Shown here piece by piece: positions 13,071-26,825 of a stretch of 64,000 nucleotides of DNA. Source of the DNA: Mobula hypostoma (taxonomy: Eukaryota); NCBI RefSeq assembly GCF_963921235.1, contig NC_086097.1:161016001-161080000 (forward strand). The letters run 5' to 3'. Each line of letters opens with the position of its first letter. Position 1 is the first letter of the stretch. The notes beneath the pieces are model-generated. The model had not been told where the DNA came from and ran no database searches. It was given only the letters and a program-made list of their open reading frames with translations. A program made the position numbers and the translations under genes.

Positions 13071-16000
13071 ATAGAAACATAGAAACATAGAAAATAGGTG
13101 CAGGAGTAGGCCATTCGGCCCTTCGATCCTGCACCGCCATTTATTATGATCATGGCTGATCATCCAACTCAGAACCCCGCCCCAGCCTTCCCTCCATACC
13201 CCCTGACCCCCGTAGCCACAAGGGCCATAATCTAACTCCCTCTTAAACATAGCCAATGAACTGGCCTCAACAGTTTCCTGTGGCAGAGAATTCCACAGAT
13301 TCACCACTCTCTGTGTGAAGAAGTTTTTCCTAATCTCGGTCCTAAAAGGCTTCCCCTCTATCCTCAAACTGTGACCCCTCGTTCTGGACTTCCCCAACAT
13401 CGGGAACAATCTTCCTGCATCCAGCCTGTCCAATCCCTTTAGGATCTTATACGTTTCAATCAGATCCCCCCTCAATCTTCTAAATTCCAACGAGTACAAG
13501 CCCAGTTCATCCAGTCTTTCTTCATATGAAAGTCCTGCCATCCCAGGAATCAATCTGGTGAACCTTCTTTGTACTCCCTCTATGGCAAAGATGTCTTTCC
13601 TCAGATTAGGGGACCAAAACTGCACACAATACTCCAGGTGTGGTCTCACCAAGGCCTTGTACAACTGCAGTAGTACCTCCCTGCTCCTGTACTCGAATCC
13701 TCTCGCTATAAATGCCAGCATACCATTTGCATTTTTTACCGCCTGCTGTACCTGCATGCCCACTTTCAATGACTGGTGTATAATGACACCCAGGTCTCGT
13801 TGCACCTCCCCTTTTCCTAATCGGCCACCATTCAGATAATAATCTGTTTTCCTATTTTTGCCACCAAAGTGGATAACTTCACATTTATCCACATTAAATT
13901 GCATCTGCCATGAGTTTGCCCACTCACCCAACCTATCCAAGTCACCCTGCATCCTCTTAGCATCCTCCTCACTGCTAACACTGCCACCCAGCTTCGTGTC
14001 ATCCGCAAACTTGGAGATGCTGCATTTAATTCCCTCATCCAAGTCATTAATATATATTGTAAACAACTGGGGTCCCAGCACTGAGCCTTGCGGTACCCCA
14101 CGAGTCACCGCCTGCCATTCTGAAAAGGTCCCGTTTATTCCCACTCTTTGCTTCCTGTCTGCTAACCAATTCTCCACCCACACCAATACCTTACCCCCAA
14201 TACCGTGTGCTTTAAGTTTGCACACTAATCTCCTGTGTGGGACCTTGTCAAAAGCCTTTTGAAAATCCAAATATACCACATCCACTGGTTCTCCCCTATC
14301 CACTCTACTAGTTACATCCTCAAAAAATTCTATGAGATTCGTCAGACATGATTTTCCTTTCACAAATCCATGCTGACTTTGTCCGATCATTTCACCGCTT
14401 TCCAAATGTGCTGTTATCACATCCTTGATAACTGACTCCAGCAGTTTCCCCACCACCGACGTTAGGCTAACCGGTCTATAATTCCCCGGTTTCTCTCTCC
14501 CTCCTTTTTTAAAAAGTGGGGTTACATTAGCCACCCTCCAATCCTCAGGAACTAGTCCAGAATCTAACGAGTTTTGAAAAATTATCACTAATGCATCCAC
14601 TATTTCTTGGGCTACTTCCTTAAGCACTCTAGGATGCAGACCATCTGGTCCTGGGGATTTATCTGCCTTCAATCCCTTCAATTTACCTAACACCACTTCC
14701 CTACTAACATGTATTTCACTCAGTTCCTCCATCTCACTGGACCCTCTGTCCCTTACTATTTCTGGAAGATTATTTATGTCCTCCTTAGTGAAGACAGAAC
14801 CAAAGTAATTATTCAATTGGTCTGCCATGTCCTTGCTCCCCATAATCAATTCACCTGTTTCTGTCTGCAGGGGACCTACATTTGTCTTTACCAGTCTTTT
14901 CCTTTTTACATATCTATAAAAGCTTTTACAGTCCATTTTTATGTTCCCCGCCAGTTTTCTCTCATAATCTTTTTTTCCCCTTCCTAATTAAGCCCTTTGT
15001 CCTCCTCTGCTGAACTCTGAATTTCTCCCAGTCCTCAGGTGAGCCACTTTCTCTGGCTAATTTGTATGCTACTTCTTTGGAATTGATACTATCCCTAATT
15101 TCTCTTGTCAGCCACGGGTGCACTACCTTCCTTGATTTATTCTTTTGCCAAACTGGGATGAACAATTGTTGTAGTTCATCCATGCAACCTTTAAATGCTT
15201 GCCATTGCATATCCACCGTCAATCCTTTAAGTGTCATTTGCCAGTCTATCTTAGCTAATTCACGTCTCATACCTTCAAAGTTACCCCTCTTTAAGTTCAG
15301 AACCTTTGTTTCTGAATTAACTATCTCACTCTCCATCTTAATGAAGAATTCCACCATATTATGGTCACTCTTACCCAAGGGGCCTCTCACGACAAGATCG
15401 CTAATTAACCCTTCCTCATTTCTCAAAACCCAGTCCAGAATAGCCTGCTCTCTAGTTGGTTCCTCGACATGTTGGTTCAAAAACCCATCCCGCATACATT
15501 CCAAGAAATCCTCTTCCTCAGCACCTTTACCAATTTGGTTCACCCAGTCTACATGTAGATTGAAGTCACCCATTATAACTGCTGTTCCTTTATTGCACAC
15601 ATTTCTAATTTCCTGTTTAATACCATCTCCGACCTCACTACTACTGTTAGGTGGCCTGTACACAACTCCCACCAGCGTCTTCTGCCCCTTAGTGTTACGC
15701 AGCTCTACCCATATCGATTCCACATCTTCCCGGCTTATGTCCTTCCTTTCTATTGCATTAATCTCTTCTTTAACCAGCAACGCCACTCCACCTCCCCTTC
15801 CTTCATGTCTATCCCTCCTGAATATTGAATATCCCTGAACGTTGAGCTCCCATCCCTGGTCACCCTGGAGCCATGTCTCTGTGATCCCAACTATATCATA
15901 ATCATTAATAACAATCTGCACTTTCAATTCATCCACCTTATTACGAATGCTCCTTGCATTGACACATAAAGCCTTCAGGTGCTCTTTTACAACTCTCTTA

Positions 16001-16207
16001 GCCCTTATACAATTATGTTGAAAAGTGGCCCTTTTTAATGCTTGTCCTGGATTTGTCGGCCTGCCACTTTTACTTTTCTCCTTTGTACTTTTTGCTTCTA
16101 CGCTCACTTTACACCCCTCTGTCTCTCTGCACTGGTTCCCATCCCTCTGTTGTGAACTAACCTCCTCACGCCTAGCCTCTCTAATTTGATTCCCACCCCC
16201 CAACCAT
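13071..16207 (-). mobile_element. Young CR1 LINE with essentially complete ORF2 (APE endonuclease + RT) and two 1-bp frameshifts
   Basis: NARSIRNK, GITETWL, GDFN, SDH (APE); DFQKAFDKV, GVPQGSVLGP, FADD (RT); (atagaaac)n tail at 13071; frameshifts at T-run 14970-14976 and near 13229. Confidence 0.95.
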
Positions 16208-17809
16208 GAAGGAGGAGGATAGGGTAGAGGTGAGGAGATTTGGTCATTAATGCAATATAGTCACAATAATCTAAAAACAATCTTTCAAACATTCTGGATA
16301 AGACTCTGGAATGTGCTGCCACATTCCAATAGCTGAGGCAAATATTGCAGACGGATACATTTTAGAAGAAGTTAATTAAGAAAAGGATGAGGAAAAGAAT
16401 TGACAGATATCCTGTTAGATTCAATGTAGTAGAGTGGAACAAAGTTTATGTGGAGTATATATGCTGGCTGGCATTGTACATGCTATTTCTATGCAATAAT
16501 TTGAATTAATTAACCTACTGAATAATTCTTAGAGGTTTCCATTGCTTTCATAATACTTTTTTCTTTCTCCACGTGAATTCTATAACTTTCCCCTTTCCAC
16601 CCCAATTCATATAATGCCTATTCATGCCACTTAAAAGCACAAATCAAGAAAGTATGTTCACTTTTTTTCCTGCATCAATAGCTGTGTTCTTAACGATGTG
16701 TGTGTGCACACCGTGATTCTGATCATTCACATTAGTGAATCATTTTGTCCAGTGTCAGAATGCTGCCAACTTAATTTATATTAATGCAACACAAAATACT
16801 GCAGATTCTGGAAATCTGGATTAAAACTTGATTCCTCAAATATTCTGCAGGCTGAGTAAATTTTCAGAAAGCGGAATACTTAATGTTAAGGGGTACATCA
16901 AATTAAGCAATTTCAGAATACCAGCCATTCCAGTTTATATCAAAATTGGCCTGTCCTGGTGAAAGTTCATCAATCAGAAACATTAACTCTGTGTTATCTA
17001 CTGGCTGAATGGCTGAGCATTTCCAGTACTTCCTGTTTTTATTTCTAGCATCTGTAGTGTTATTTTACCTCACAAGTCCAACATTTTTTTCCTCAATTTT
17101 GTTCTTTTTATCTCTCTCCTCTCCTCTGTTTTTTTTTCAGCTTCTTTGTTTATGGCTCATCCAGAGACATCATTTACAATTAATATGCCTTCACCATATT
17201 CTCCCTTCCAGTATCACCATTTCTGTGCTATTTGGTTTCTCTTGTTCTCTTTGTTCTCTCCACCCTCCCCCTTGTCTGTAATGTGAAATAAATTTAACTC
17301 TATTTCTTCTGAATGCTGACGAAGGCCATCAGGTGAAGTGTTAATCCTGTTCCACTGATAGTATCTGATCTGCTGAGTGCTTCTATGATCCCATGTGTTG
17401 GTATTGGAGTAGAAGGGTCTTGGTTTGAAATGTGAACTGTTTATTCATTTTCATAGATGCTGCCTGACCTGCTAAGTTCCTCCCACATTTTGTGTGTGTT
17501 GCTCTAGAGTGCCTCTGCACAGTTATGCTTGGAAATGAAACGAAGGAACATGCCCAGGTTGACGTCCCACTAGTAATGACAAATGCCACTACGTTGTCAC
17601 TTATCTTTCCCTATGCAAATCTAAAAGTATCAAAGAAGGTATCAGTCTGTGAAACTTGCCTGCAAACCAGTCCCGGTTCTTGACAGGCTGGAAAGAGAAG
17701 TCTTAATTGGTAGTAGTTTGAGTACCCTGGAAGAAGTTCAAATTGTCTTTTGAGATTTGGTGACCAATGCCTTTATTCTCATTTGTTTGCTATGTGCCAA
17801 GTTTGTTCT

Positions 17810-18105
17810 TGACAAATTTTTCTACAGAAGTGGTTTGACATTTCCACCTTCTAGGCAGCATCTTTACAAGACGGGTAACCCCAGTCATTATCAACACTCT
17901 TCAGAGGTTGCCTGCCTGGCATTAGTGGTCGCAAAACCAGGACTTGTGATATGCACCAGCTGCTCATATGACCATCCACCACCTGCTCCCATGGCTTTAC
18001 GTGATCCCGATTGAGGGGCTAAGCAGATACTAGACCTTGCCCAAGGGTGATCTGCAGGGGGAAGGAGTACCTACCTCCTCCTTTGGTAGAGATGTATCTC
18101 CACCC
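17810..18105. mobile_element. Short interspersed repeat (second copy at about 25970-26230)
   Basis: Shared sequence tttttctacag.agtggtt...gggtaaccccag.cattatcaa.actctt...gcaccagctgctcata; family not identified. Confidence 0.65.
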
Positions 18106-19561
18106 TGCTGTTATCCTAGTTCCCTGAAATTACTAGTGCATATGATAGTTCCCACCCCAAACTGCTGCACGACTAGAAACACTCAGGAGATCAGGCAACA
18201 CAACATCATTCATAGATCATGGTTGAGCTATCTATATCCATATATCTAGCTGGAAAGATGTCACCAAAGGACTCTCACTAGTCTCAGAACTTGACTTGTG
18301 CCTTTTGTTGTACATGTTCATGTGAAACTAATTTGGGAGCATGATAAAGTTTACAGAAGATACAAAACTGACTTTCCAGGAGGAGGAAAACTTGTGACTT
18401 CAGCAGGGTGAATATAGATATTGCAATGAGTCGAACATTTAAAGTAGAAAATTCAACCTCTGATGTCTGTGGTAATGGATTTGGAGAGATACAACAATGC
18501 AGGGCAATATTCAATAAACTGGGGAACATTGTGAAATGTGGACAAAGCGACAGACTAAAGCACCTCAGCACCATCCATGATAAAGTAACCTATTTGACTG
18601 CTCAAGGCCAATATATCCTCCCCTTGCTGCCCTGTCTGGGCTGATCACAATATGTAAGATAAGAACTAAGCCCAGGTCTATAAACCTGCACCATAACTTT
18701 GATTCTTTGCTACTTTATGTGATGAAGGCTAACATTCCATTATCCTTTCAGATATTTAAAAAATTCTAATTGAATGGTAGCTTTAATCATTTAAAGTTTG
18801 GGATATAGTGAACTTAAGTTGATAAAATTTGTAAATTGGTTTATTATTGTCATATGTACCAAAGAATTAGTATCAGATTTATTAGCAGTGACATATGACA
18901 TGAAATTTGTTTTGTGGCATATATCACATTATATGTCGGTGACTACACAGTATAATGAATATAGTGGAGTATAAGTCAGTTTCAGTGAGATACTTTGTAT
19001 TGCATGTCATTCATACAGATTATTTCACCACATCAGTATGTCGAGGTAATATAAGGGAAAATAATAACAGAGTGCAGAAAGAAATGTTACATTTATGGAG
19101 AAAGTCCATGCTGGCTGGCAATACGGCACAAGGCTATGACAATGTAGATTATGAGGTTAAGAGTCCATTTTATCATATATGAGGTATGTTTGATAGTCTT
19201 ATAACAGTAGAATAGAAGCTCTCCTTGAGCTATCTGGTGTGTGCTTTCAGACTTTTGTCTCTTCTGCCAGATGAGACTATTTATTACATTTCAATGTGAA
19301 AGGTTTTGGTACAAAGGACATTCCAATGGCTCCCAGGCCCTGTTGATAATGGCTGGAAGCCACCATGCTTGTTTAAAACTTAACCCCTGATGTTAATTGT
19401 TCCCCTGAGGAAAGGCATGGATCTAGTGAGCTGAATAGGGCCATAAATTCATCCTGCACAGAAAAAGGTTCTTCAGCCCTCTGAAGCTGCAGAAAGCATC
19501 AAGCACTCTCCTGAACTAATCCCACTTTATTTCCACATTCCTATTGATTCCCCCCGCCCCC

Positions 19562-19564
<3 letters not shown>

Positions 19565-19601
<37 letters not shown>
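19565..19601. repeat. (CA)n microsatellite
   Basis: Direct observation. Confidence 0.95.
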
Positions 19602-19605
<4 letters not shown>

Positions 19606-19619
19606 GACTCTACCATTCA

Positions 19620-19830
19620 TCTGCACACTAGAGGCAATTTATAGTGGCCAGTTGAGCTCCAAGCCTGCATGTCTTTTGGACGTGGGAGGAAACTAGAGCT
19701 CCTGGAGGAAACCAGTGCAGTCACAATGAGAATGTGCATATTCCACACAGACAGCAACGGAGCTCAGGACTGTCCCTGGCACACTGGAGCTATGAGAGCT
19801 ACTATACCAGTTATGCTACTGTGCCAAACC
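19620..19830 (-). mobile_element. Decayed V-SINE (HE1-like)
   Basis: gtgggaggaaactagagctcctggaggaaacc is the reverse complement of the V-domain seen at 56470-56510; similar copies at about 36400-36560 and 45180-45380. Confidence 0.65.
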
Positions 19831-20803
19831 AACTAGTATTCTTTGGTGCCATAAAGAATTAAACCCTTGTGGGGTATGGAAGCGCACATGACCTACTTCA
19901 ATGGAACATCACAGATAGCAAAAGGCCTTCACTTGAGATAAGTGAGGGCCTCATTGAGATTCAAAGTTGATAGTCTGAAAATACCAATCAGATTTTATTT
20001 GCCAATGGCAGGATTGGCACCAAGTGCACTCATGCTGAGAACTGATATTATAGAAAAGGCTACAAAAGCTAAGATTATTTTTGGTGTCCTCAGAAAATTT
20101 CAAAGATTATTGGAACTAGGCAGAAGATTAAGTGGCATGGACAAAATAGGCTGAAGGGTTTGTTTCTGTGCTGTAGTACTCTATGTCTCTATGATTCCTT
20201 GGAGCTGATCAACCCTGATTACGTCATATGGCCACCATCCTGGCATTGGCAGGACCCCAAACTCCAGCCATCATTGCTCATTCCTAATGCCAGATGATCC
20301 CAGGCAGCATTCAGGCCCTAGGTGACATGAAGGCCACCTGTTGCATGGCTAACCAAACTACTGTATGATGGCCTTTATACTCACCTCACCAAACACATAT
20401 TGCTGCCTATCACACTAGGCATCATCTATTCAGAGCAAAAACTAGTTAAGATCAATAACCTTCATCAGAATTTTATCCAACACTCACTTGCACCTAGAAG
20501 ATGTCTTTGTCACTAATTTCTTATACATTTCCTTCCACAACTGTGTTTTGATGATTTTCTCATTCTGTCCAATGTTGAGCTTCTCTCAATTCTATTGTTG
20601 ACCCGTGTTTAAGGAGTTTCTTTCATGACTTGGACTATTGAGAATGTAGCACTGTAGTACAATTTACTATCAATAACCTGTGCAAGATAATAAACAGGGT
20701 TAGATTATATTTTGATTATAATCATTCTGCTTACTCACTATAATTAATGCTTCCGATTCCTCTAGTATATAATCATTTTTGTTGATTTCGTTTCACTTTC
20801 CAG

Positions 20804-20902
20804 GAGGGAATGAACACAATTCATTTGGCTGCTAAAAATGGACACATTAATGTCCTTGAAGCTCTCAAAGGCACTCTGTCCTTTAAAATAACCAGCACAA
20901 AG
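20804..20902 (+). CDS. trpn1: TRPN1 exon (1 ankyrin repeat), not in ORF track
   Basis: cactttccag acceptor, gttagt donor; 99 nt, phase 0-0; EGMNTIHLAAKNGHINVLEALKGTLSFKITSTK. Confidence 0.92.
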
Positions 20903-22089
20903 GTTAGTCACTAAATGAGTATTCATTCCACAATCTCATCATTTAAATTTACAAGATCCTTGCTAATAATTTTGTTACAATTTTAAGAAAAAATCAACTT
21001 CCGTATCTTCTGCAACTAGTTTCAGTTATTACTGTGCAATTGTATACTTACAGTTTTATTTTCTGATAATTGACTGCTAACTCATACTAAACAGTTTCTA
21101 TCATTACACTTGGTAATCTGCCACCCAGTTATCTTGTAAAGCAGACTTACCCAGTGTAAAAATTAAATGATTCCTGTTGCATTTCTGTGATAAGTCTCTA
21201 GAGATTCATACTTACTAATGAACTAAACCAGGATCATGTTTCAGAGAACTATTGCAACAGATCTTCACTCCCTTGGAAAGATCTGGGCATATGGAGCAAT
21301 ACCGAGTTCATTTACACAACACAGTGATGAACAGGAAAAGAGTGGGCCAATACGTGGACTCACTGAAATTTGAGAATGTCCTAGTACATGGATCATAATG
21401 ATTGAATATGTACTAGAAAGGAAGAAATTGTATCCAGACTAACCATTTCTTCTGTGTCTTCCTCCTCCTCAGAGCTGTAGATATAATGCCATTGGGGAAT
21501 CTGTGTCTAGAATATAGACACAGATTTGAACAGAGCTGAGTAAAAATAATCCAGATTCAGTTAGCAATGCTAAAATGATTATTATTGTGAAGTAATGGTC
21601 ATTTCAATTGCAGAGCACAAAACCATTTTCATAAATTGGTACGTTATTCAAGAATATATTGTGATAAGATCTTTGACCTCTCTAATAGTGTTTTCAATGA
21701 AGTAGGATTAATTTGTCTGAAAATACAGGTGAAATGAATGCAGAGAAAGACATGCCCTGATTGTCTTTATTGTATATATTATAGATAAAGTATACTTTTG
21801 AGAAAAAAGATAAACAAAAGGGTCCCACCATCACTAGTTACTGAATGTCTGAGCCTGATGTAACAGCCTCTCAACTGATTCACATATGCAATGTTTAGAG
21901 ATGAAACATTAGTAACATTGACATGTTGTCAGGCAATGTATTGAAATATGTAAAGATAATGGCAGTAGTGCTTGCTGTACACAATGAAGAGGAAGGAAGT
22001 GAAAGAATGGGAACACTGAGCAGGAATTATCTGTCCAGTTCTTCAAGCTATCCCACCTTGTCTGTTCCCATGTTCTTGGACTTTTGACA

Positions 22090-24115
22090 TCTCTTTCAGG
22101 GTAGAGATAACCAGTACAAGAGGGATGGGTTGCACTTGAACTGAAGAGAGACCTTGCAAGGAAATGTTCTAGTGCTACATTGAAGTTTTTGAACTACACT
22201 GTCAGGGTGTGGGAATCTCTGGGAGCAAGTCCTATGATAAAGTAGTGGCCAACAATAGTAAGTTTAGTAACCAGGATAGCCATGATCACTGTAAAGGGAT
22301 AGAAAAGAAAACTCAGTTAAACTGCATTTATTTCAATGTGTGAGTTTAACAGGTGAGGTGGGCAAACTCAGTACGAAGATTTGCTCTGAGAACTGGGATG
22401 AACAGAAAGATGGCAGAGAAAGGCAGAATGGGCAGCTCAGTATTCCAGGATACAGATGCTTTAGGCATGACAGAGGTACAGGTAATCTGGAGGGCTGGGT
22501 GGAGGTAGCATTTAGATAAGTGAGGACATAACATAACAGCAGTGCTTTCAGATGACGGTCCTGAAGTATCATCCAGTGAGGCCATATGAGCAGAACTTAG
22601 AAACAAATGGAGAGGAGTCACTCTATAACCATATAACCATATAACAATTACAGCATGGAAACAGGCCATCTCGGCCCTTCTAGTCCGTGCCGAACTTTTA
22701 CCCTATCCTATTCCCACCGACCTGCACTCAGCCCATAACCCTCCATTCCTTTCCTGTCCATATATCGATCCAACTTAACTTTAAACAACAACATAGAACC
22801 TGCCTCAACCACTTCTGCTGGAAGCTCGTTCCACACAGCTACCACTCTCTGAGTAAAGAAGTTCCCCCTTATGTTACCCCTAAACTTTTGTCCTCTAATT
22901 CTCAACCCATGTCCTCTTGTTTGAATCTTCCCCACTCTCAATGGAAAAACTCTAACCACGTCGACCCTATCAATCCCCCTCATAATTTTAAACACCTCTA
23001 TCAAGTCCCCCCTCAACCTTCTACGCTCCGAAGAATAAAGACCTAACTTGTTCAACCTGTCTCTGTAACTTAGGAGATGAAACCCAGGCAACATTTTAAT
23101 AAACCTCCTCTGTACACTCTCAATTTTATTGACATCTTTCCTATAATTCGGTGACCAGAACCGTACACAATACTCCAGATTTGGCCTTACCAATGCCTTA
23201 TACAAATTCAACATTACATCCCAACTCCTATACTCAATGCTCTGATTAATAAAGGCCAGCAAACCAAAAGCTTTCTTCACCACCCTATTCACATAAGATT
23301 CCATCTTCAGGGAACTATGCATCATTATTCCTAGATCCCTCTGTTCTAGAGCATTCTTTAACGCCCTACCATTTACCGTGTAGTGTCCTATTTTGATTAG
23401 CTCTACCAAAATGTAGCACCTCACATTTTTCAGCATTAAACTCCATCTGCCATCTTTCAGCCCTCTCGTGAGCCTGCATTATAGATCCCCCAATAGTCAG
23501 CAGTAACTTGAGGAGCAGGTATGCAGAAACATTGCTCATAGCTGTAAGAACAATAAGGTGGTATTAGTGGAAGGTTTCAGTTTCTCCTGTATTGACTGGG
23601 CCAACCAGAGTGCTAAGGCCCCAGACAGGGTGTAATTTGTAAACTCTGTCCAGGAAACCTTCCTGAGTCTGTATATGGAGGACCCTTTATGGGAGGGAGC
23701 AATAGTTGGCTCCTTTTAGGGAATAAGGCAGGGCAAATAACTGAAGCTGCTCTAGTGACCTTAATTCTGTTGGTTTTAAGAATGCAATAAGGTTCCTAAA
23801 ATAGTGAAAGGCTAATTTTCGGGTAATTAGGTTAAATTTGGGAGCCTGTTTGAAGGGAAACGACAAAGGCTTAAATGAGAAAGCATGCACTTAAAAGAGA
23901 ACTGAGGGCAATTTTTTCATGCAGAGGGCAGTGAATATAAAGAATGAACTGCCAGACAAGATGGTCACAGCAGGTATCATTTATAAGAAACAATTGGAGA
24001 GGCACTGCTTAAAGATATAAAAATCAATTGCACCAGCTTGGTTGTCACCATGGTCAGTATGGTCTAATTGGGCCAAAGGGCCTGTATCTATACTGTATTA
24101 CTCTGTAACTCTATG
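22090..24115 (+). mobile_element. Old, internally deleted CR1, interrupted by a younger CR1
   Basis: gggatgggttgcacttgaac (ORF1 DGLHLN), APE remnants, 3' UTR and tail at about 24060-24115. Confidence 0.7.
22625..23462 (-). mobile_element. Young 5'-truncated CR1 nested in older CR1
   Basis: Open RT C-terminus LYKALVRPNLEYCVRFWSP...NFFTQRVVAVWNELP; (ataaccat)n tail; short duplication ctct at 22621-22624 and 23463-23466. Confidence 0.9.
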
Positions 24116-24731
24116 TAACGTGATCTCCTCACAGGCTATTAGTGGATTTAGCATTTTATTATGCAAATATAGGGATAGAATCTGGCAACTTTGTGGCAGT
24201 AGCCTTTAAAAACAACTTTGACTTGCTCACCTGCTCTGAAGTAGATGGAAAGGGTAACCCATTTAAGATGGAGATGAGAAAGGACTTCTTCATTCAAAAG
24301 TTGTAAGTCTTGGAACCTTCTCTCTCAGAGGACTGTGAAGGCTGATTTATCGAGGTCAAGATCAGATCAGTCATGATGTTATTGATTGCAACAGGCTTAA
24401 GGTGCCATTTCCTACTCCTATTTCTTATGTTTTGCAGCTCAGATAGAAATATGTATATTAAACCTCAGAAGGCAAAACATAAGAGAATCAATGCACTACA
24501 CCCCTTGTCCCCACCTTGCGGCCTGCTTTGAACATAAATATCCATAACTGATCCAAAAGCAAAAGCAAATCTTGGTGCAATGCTCACAAGCCTTAAAATA
24601 TTAAGACAAATTAGCTATGATTTCATCATGTGATTCTAGGTTGTTTTTTCAAGCATGCACACTAGTGAGCCCAAGCTCCATAAAACTAAAATACAATTAA
24701 TCTAGCCAAACTTTCCTCTCTTTCCCTGAAG

Positions 24732-24878
24732 ACTGGATTCACAGCCCTTCATGTGGCTGCACACTTTGGCCAGATGGACTTTGTGAGGGAGATTCTCACC
24801 AAGATGCCGGCAACCATATGCAGTGAGACCCCAAAGATCACCAGTGAGGGACAACTAGCAAAAAAGCAACCAAGTGAG
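24732..24878 (+). CDS. trpn1: TRPN1 exon (1 ankyrin repeat plus linker loop)
   Basis: Pyrimidine tract plus gaag acceptor, gtaata donor; 147 nt, phase 0-0; TGFTALHVAAHFGQMDFVREILTKMPATICSETPK...QPSE. Confidence 0.92.
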
Positions 24879-26439
24879 GTAATAAGAGTTACTATCCTTC
24901 TTCCACTTGCTATGAACAACAAACTGGGACACTATGATCGGGTGTATTGATTTGAAGCAATTTTATTAGACCTCCACTTACTTCTGTATTTTAAGTTAAA
25001 CATACTTCCAAACAAGGATTTCAGTACTTTTGCAAATGGTGCTGAATAAAGTAAATAAAATACTTGCCTTCAGATCAGGGTATGGTGGTTGTCCATCATG
25101 TCCAACAGATTTGTGCAGGAGAGTTTTTAAAGTGGAAAACGCATTGCACTGGGGCAGTTCAACTCTCTTGACCACAGAAGTCCAGGTCCAGTGGTACAAA
25201 CAAGTGTCACAAACTGGGGTCTTCCTTGGTTGCCGTGGATGACCATGACATCTTCTGTGCCTTGTCATGCCCTTCACTCTCCACAGAGCGATGCAGAACC
25301 GCCTTCTTGGCCATTGGATCTCACTGTAGATCTCATCTGCCCAGTCCGCCAGTGCAGATTTAGGATGAGCATGTCCCTATGGATATGAGGCTCACCAGCT
25401 ACTCTCACCTTGTTTGGCCCAACTTTTGAAGAGGTATACTGGGGTGTGGCCACTGTCACACGCAGACAGCTACTTGGAGCAAGGTGTGAGCTGAGCTTCC
25501 AGTGGAGACCAAAGGTGAGGAAGCTGACCCAGAATGGACACAACAAGCCCTTTCACCAGAGGTGCTACCCTCCCTGGACACCCCATATATCCCATATATC
25601 AGGTTATAAAAAGCACTTAAAGGAATATGCTTGTGTTGTCCAGAACAAAGAAAGACAATAGGTGTTACGTTTTATCAAAAGGTAATGTCATTAGCTCTTA
25701 TCATTATTTTAAATTCAAGACCAAGATATTTTTTTCTCAGCAGAAGTATCAAAATATGGCCAAGAACAACAAATGGCAGGAAAGACTCAAGTGGTTGAAT
25801 GCTCTGAAAAGAGTGTCAGTTCAAAGTTCATATTACATTTCTGTACGTTCCTCAAAAATAAATTTTTAAAGCCTAAGGACTTAGTCTTAATTTCATCAAA
25901 CTCAGAGGACACCCAAGTCAATGTCAGGGAGATGTTAAGAAACAATACACCTTTGGTGCAGTACATCCCTGTTGCTGCTGATAATCACCATTATGTGCCA
26001 TGTCATATTACATGGGTGATCATGGTCGCTCTTGGCAGATTTTTCTACAGGAGTGGTTTATCATTGCCTTCTTTTGGGCATTAGCTTTATAAGATGGGTA
26101 ACCCCAGCCATTATCAATACTCTTAAGAGATTGTCTGCCTGGTGTCAATGGTCACATAACCAGGATATATGAGAAGCACCAGCTGCTCATACAAACATGT
26201 ACCACCTGCTCCCTCTCATGTGACCTAACTCAACATTCAGTAACAGCTTCTTTCCCTCCACCTTCAGACTTCTGAATGGTCCCTAAACCCATGAACACTA
26301 CCTTGTTATTTCTTTTATTATTGCACTAATTCAGTTTTGTAATTTATAATAATTTCATATCTTTACACTCTACTACTGCCACAGAACAGATTTCATTAAC
26401 ATGTAAGTCAGTGAAAATAAATCTTTTCTGATCCTGATG

Positions 26440-26803
26440 ATATATTGTTACGGCTGCATCACTGTCTGGTGTGGGGGGGTCTACTGCACAAGATTGAAAT
26501 AAGTTGCAGAAATTTGTAAAATTAGTCACCTCTATCATGGCTACCAGCCTCCACAGTATCCAAGACATCTTCAAGAAGCAGCTCCTTAGGAAGATCCTCA
26601 CCACCCAGAACATGCTCATTTCACACTGTTACTGTCGGGAAGGAAGTATAGAGGCCTGAAAGCACACACTCAGTGACTCAGGAACGGCATCTTCCCCTCT
26701 GCCATCAGATTTCTAAATGGGCCTTGGATCATGAACACTCCCTCACTACTTTGGTACTTCTGTCACTTTGTACCACTTATTTTAGCTTAACTATTTAATA
26801 GAC
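26440..26803 (+). mobile_element. Decayed Rex1/Babar 3' fragment (another at about 26235-26425)
   Basis: LLLSGRKYRGLKAHT.. RNGIFPSAIRFLN-like coding remnant. Confidence 0.7.
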
Positions 26804-26825
26804 GTGTGTGTGTGTGTGTGTGTGT

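Noticed and set aside
12978..13168. 652-aa minus-strand ORF overlapping a TRPN1 exon, suggesting an antisense fusion gene
   Set aside because: The extension results from a +1 frameshift near 13229 that bypasses the CR1 stop at 13169-13171; the tail peptide is UTR, microsatellite and antisense ankyrin sequence
15062..15838. 258-aa plus-strand ORF (and similar ones at 13558, 13858, 42508, 59875, 60311)
   Set aside because: Antisense or alternate-frame shadows of CR1 and Penelope coding sequence
25080..25590. GC-richer segment that looks like an interspersed repeat (RTE-related non-autonomous element)
   Set aside because: No second copy in the window and no diagnostic motif, so it cannot be classified from sequence alone
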